A stretch of 64,000 bases of DNA from Synergistaceae bacterium UBA5827 (lineage in GTDB: Bacteria > Synergistota > Synergistia > Synergistales > 79-D21). Under the pieces are notes generated by a model. That model searched no databases. It worked only from the letters and a program-made list of their open reading frames with translations, and was not told the origin of the DNA. Within the stretch, counting starts at the first letter, position 1; each line of letters begins with the position of its first letter. Location: the NCBI GenBank assembly GCA_002432945.1, contig DJHE01000012.1, forward strand, positions 3,055-67,054. The letters are read 5' to 3'. Of this stretch, positions 61,587 to 64,000 are shown piece by piece. The position numbers and the translations under genes were made by a program.

Positions 61587-62885
61587 ATGAAGAGAATGGG
61601 AATACTGGAAGAAATGAAGGCGACGGCCTTGAGACTGGATGGGCAGGACCCCCTGGGAAAGTTCAGGGAGCGCTTTGTCATGCCGCCTGGCCGGATCTAC
61701 ATGGACGGCAATTCCCTGGGCCTTCCGCCGAAAAAATCCCTCGAGGGCGTCCAGCGCGTGATGGAGGAGTGGAAGACCCTGAACATCGACGGGTGGCTCG
61801 AGGGGCACATTCCCTGGTTCACGATGCCGGAAGAAATGGGTCGGAAGATGGCACCCCTGGTAGGTGCTTTACCTGGGGAAGTCGTCATGTCGGGTTCCAC
61901 GACTTCGAACCTGCATTCCCTCGTCAGCACTTTTTACAAGCCTGAAGGAAGTCGGCGCAAGATCCTGGCCGACGAACTCAACTTCCCTTCCGACCTTTAC
62001 GCCCTGGCAAGCGAAGTCCGGCTTAAGGGAGGAGACCCGGCTGCGGATCTCGTTCTCGCCAGGTCGCGGGATGGGGGCACACTGGACGAGGAGGACATCA
62101 TCAGCCTGATGGATGAAACCGTCTCTGTGGCCTTGCTTCCCTCGGTCCTCTACCGCAGTGGGCAGCTCCTCGACATGGAGAAGCTGGCCCGTGCCGCCCA
62201 TGAGAAAGGGGTAGCCATCGGTTTCGATTGCGCCCATTCCGCGGGCTCGGTGCCTCACAAACTTCATGACTGGGGCGTCGACTTTGCCTTCTGGTGCAGC
62301 TACAAGCACCTGAACGGAGGGCCCGGCAGCCCCGCCTTCCTTTTCCTGCACGAGCGTCACTTCGAACGCGAGCCCGGGTTGGCGGGCTGGTTCGGTTACG
62401 TGAAGAACCGGCAGTTCGACATGGCACTGGGTTTCGAGCATGCCCGCTCAGCGGGAGGATGGCAGCTCGGCACGCCAAGCGTCCTTTCAGGGGCGACCCT
62501 TGAGGCTGCCCTCCAGGTGCAGGAAGAGGCCTCTATCGAGCGGATAAGGGAAAAATCTCTCAAGTTGACGGATTTCCTCATCGAGCTGGTCGACGGCTAT
62601 CTTTCGGTTGACCCCTACGGGTATTCCATCGCCACGCCGAGAGACCATGACAGGCGGGGAGGGCACCTGGCCATCGAGCATCCCTCGGAAGCCTGGCGGA
62701 TTTGTTGTGCCCTGAAATCCCGCGGGATAGTCCCCGATTTCCGACCCGCCCGGGTCATACGGGTGGCCCCGGTTGCGCTTTACAACACCTTCATGGAGGT
62801 TTGGGAAGTCGCCAATGCACTGAAAGAAATCATCGACAACCGGGAGTATGAGAGGTTCCCGAAGGAGCGAAGCGCGGTTTCCTGA
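61587..62885 (+). CDS. kynU: Kynureninase
   Basis: IYMDGNSLG, FDCAHSAG and the PLP-Lys context FAFWCSYKHLNGGPG are present. 432 aa. Confidence 0.85.
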   Translation: MKRMGILEEMKATALRLDGQDPLGKFRERFVMPPGRIYMDGNSLGLPPKKSLEGVQRVMEEWKTLNIDGWLEGHIPWFTMPEEMGRKMAPLVGALPGEVVMSGSTTSNLHSLVSTFYKPEGSRRKILADELNFPSDLYALASEVRLKGGDPAADLVLARSRDGGTLDEEDIISLMDETVSVALLPSVLYRSGQLLDMEKLARAAHEKGVAIGFDCAHSAGSVPHKLHDWGVDFAFWCSYKHLNGGPGSPAFLFLHERHFEREPGLAGWFGYVKNRQFDMALGFEHARSAGGWQLGTPSVLSGATLEAALQVQEEASIERIREKSLKLTDFLIELVDGYLSVDPYGYSIATPRDHDRRGGHLAIEHPSEAWRICCALKSRGIVPDFRPARVIRVAPVALYNTFMEVWEVANALKEIIDNREYERFPKERSAVS

Positions 62886-62916
62886 GGCCAGGAGGTTTCC
62901 CTCCCTCGAAGAACTG

Positions 62917-62944
62917 AGCCCCGGCCGCGACCGGGGCTTTTTTG
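62917..62944 (+). terminator. Rho-independent terminator of kynU
   Basis: AGCCCCGG-ccgcga-CCGGGGCT is followed by TTTTTT. Confidence 0.85.
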
Positions 62945-63044
62945 CGAGCCTCCACTTCAGGATATTAGCGTGATATGATATTTATGCTTGGCTTTGCCTT
63001 GAGTTTTGAAGGTTGCGTTTTCCCAGGGAAGGGGGAAACGGGGG

Positions 63045-63758
63045 ATGGTCGGAAAACAGGCTCCCTGGAGACTCGAAAACGTAACGAAAACCTACACGAT
63101 GGGACAGGTCCAGGTGACAGCTCTCCGGGAGACCTCCATGGAAATCCATGAAGGGGAACTTTTGGTCATCCTCGGCCCGAGTGGTTCCGGAAAGACCACC
63201 CTGCTGAACCTCCTGGGAGGCATGGACACCCCGACAGGCGGCCGGGTTTTCTTTGACGGTGAGAGCATTGAAGGGGCAAATGAAAAGCGCCTGACTGCCT
63301 ACCGCAGGGATGTCGTCGGCTTTGTTTTCCAGTTTTTCAACCTGGTCCCGGATCTCACTGCGCTCGAAAACGTAGCCCTTGGGGCGCATCTCGCACGAAA
63401 CCCGCTTTCCCCGGAAATGGTTCTCCAAGAAGTGGGCATGGCGGACAGGATGAAACACTTCCCTTCCCAGATGAGCGGGGGGGAACAGCAACGGGTTTCG
63501 ATTGCCCGTGCCGTCGTCAAGAATCCCCGCCTGCTCCTTTGCGACGAACCGACGGGTTCCCTTGATTGCTCTACGGGCAGACTCATCCTTGAACTGCTGG
63601 GAAAGGTGAACCGGACTTACGGGACGACGGTGGTCATCGTGTCGCACAATGCCGCCATCGGGGGCATGGGGATGAGGGTCGCCACGATGAGCAGCGGCCG
63701 GATCGCGAACTGGGCAACCCACCCCATCCCGGTTTCGCCGGGTGAGATCGAATGGTGA
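63045..63758 (+). CDS. ABC transporter ATP-binding protein (MacB/LolD/FtsE-like)
   Basis: Walker A GPSGSGKTT, Q-loop, signature SGGEQQRV and Walker B LLLCDEPT are present. Confidence 0.9.
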   Translation: MVGKQAPWRLENVTKTYTMGQVQVTALRETSMEIHEGELLVILGPSGSGKTTLLNLLGGMDTPTGGRVFFDGESIEGANEKRLTAYRRDVVGFVFQFFNLVPDLTALENVALGAHLARNPLSPEMVLQEVGMADRMKHFPSQMSGGEQQRVSIARAVVKNPRLLLCDEPTGSLDCSTGRLILELLGKVNRTYGTTVVIVSHNAAIGGMGMRVATMSSGRIANWATHPIPVSPGEIEW

Positions 63759-64000
63759 AATCGCCGCTCCTCCTAAAACTGGCAAGGACGATCAAGAGTA
63801 CCCTCGGGCCTTTCCTCGCGATCGTGGCCGTCGTCGCGGTCGGTTTGGCGGTGTTCGTTGCCATGACGGCCGTTTCGGACAACCTGGTTCGATCGAGGGA
63901 GGCCTTTTACAGGGAGATGGATTTTGCCGACCTCTTTTTCCATGTGGTTCGGGCCCCGGAGGCGATTCTCGAGCGGGTTTCCGCCGTGAACGGCGTCATC
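63752..64000 (+). CDS. ABC transporter permease (FtsX-like), 5' partial at window end
   Basis: The ATG overlaps the ATPase stop (ATGGTGA). MVKSPLLLKLARTIKSTLGPFLAIVAVVAVGLAVFVAM is a typical FtsX-family N-terminal TM segment. The frame stays open to the window edge. Confidence 0.75.
   Translation, partial: MVKSPLLLKLARTIKSTLGPFLAIVAVVAVGLAVFVAMTAVSDNLVRSREAFYREMDFADLFFHVVRAPEAILERVSAVNGVI

Noticed and set aside
1-64000. Mobile elements, prophage, integrative island borders, toxin-antitoxin pairs or known defence systems.
   Set aside because: I found no transposase, integrase, recombinase, phage structural or cas genes, no restriction-modification genes, no tRNA attachment site and no long direct or inverted terminal repeats. 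The window reads as core or accessory metabolic chromosome.

Overview
Gene-dense, high-GC bacterial chromosomal segment with about 75 protein genes on both strands. Most have GGAGG-type Shine-Dalgarno sites, which I used to trim over-extended ORFs. I saw no rRNA, tRNA, CRISPR array, transposase, integrase or phage gene. Three themes dominate. (1) Amino-acid transport and catabolism: ilvE, Lrp, a LysE exporter, BrnQ, an NSS transporter, a proline-racemase-family enzyme, glutamate dehydrogenase, an M20 hydrolase, a cysteine-synthase-like enzyme, a trans-sulfuration PLP enzyme, threonine aldolase, kynureninase. (2) Anaerobe-style redox and stress functions: hcp with a Crp/Fnr regulator, two nitroreductases, a ferritin-like protein, Hsp20, Usp, ArsC, DJ-1, many Fe-S proteins. 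(3) Repeated small paralog families: four cupins and four MBL-fold hydrolases. The content suggests an anaerobic, amino-acid-degrading diderm. Two secreted proteins carry Gly-Cys-type C-terminal sorting signals that resemble the Synerg-CTERM/Myxo-CTERM class, but taxonomy cannot be proven from this window. I found no clear multi-gene defence or mobile system. The most unusual loci are hypotheses, not demonstrated systems: (a) an orphan promoter-to-terminator unit (6376-6747, minus strand) with no ORF, a terminal closing helix and six exact GCACGGC repeats, a candidate novel ~340-nt ncRNA whose promoter shares a palindromic -35 with the divergent skp/ompH promoter; (b) an operon of a Tat-signal DUF362 protein, a fused NapH-like/NapG-like polyferredoxin with an internal twin-arginine motif, tatA and tatC; (c) a GLUG-repeat surface-protein gene interrupted by one in-frame TGA; (d) a perfect FNR-type box positioned for class II activation of the cupin-hcp operon; (e) CtsR-box-like heptad pairs upstream of hsp20; (f) an unannotated 32-codon membrane micro-ORF after the NSS transporter. 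All family assignments come from motif recognition by eye; no database search was run.
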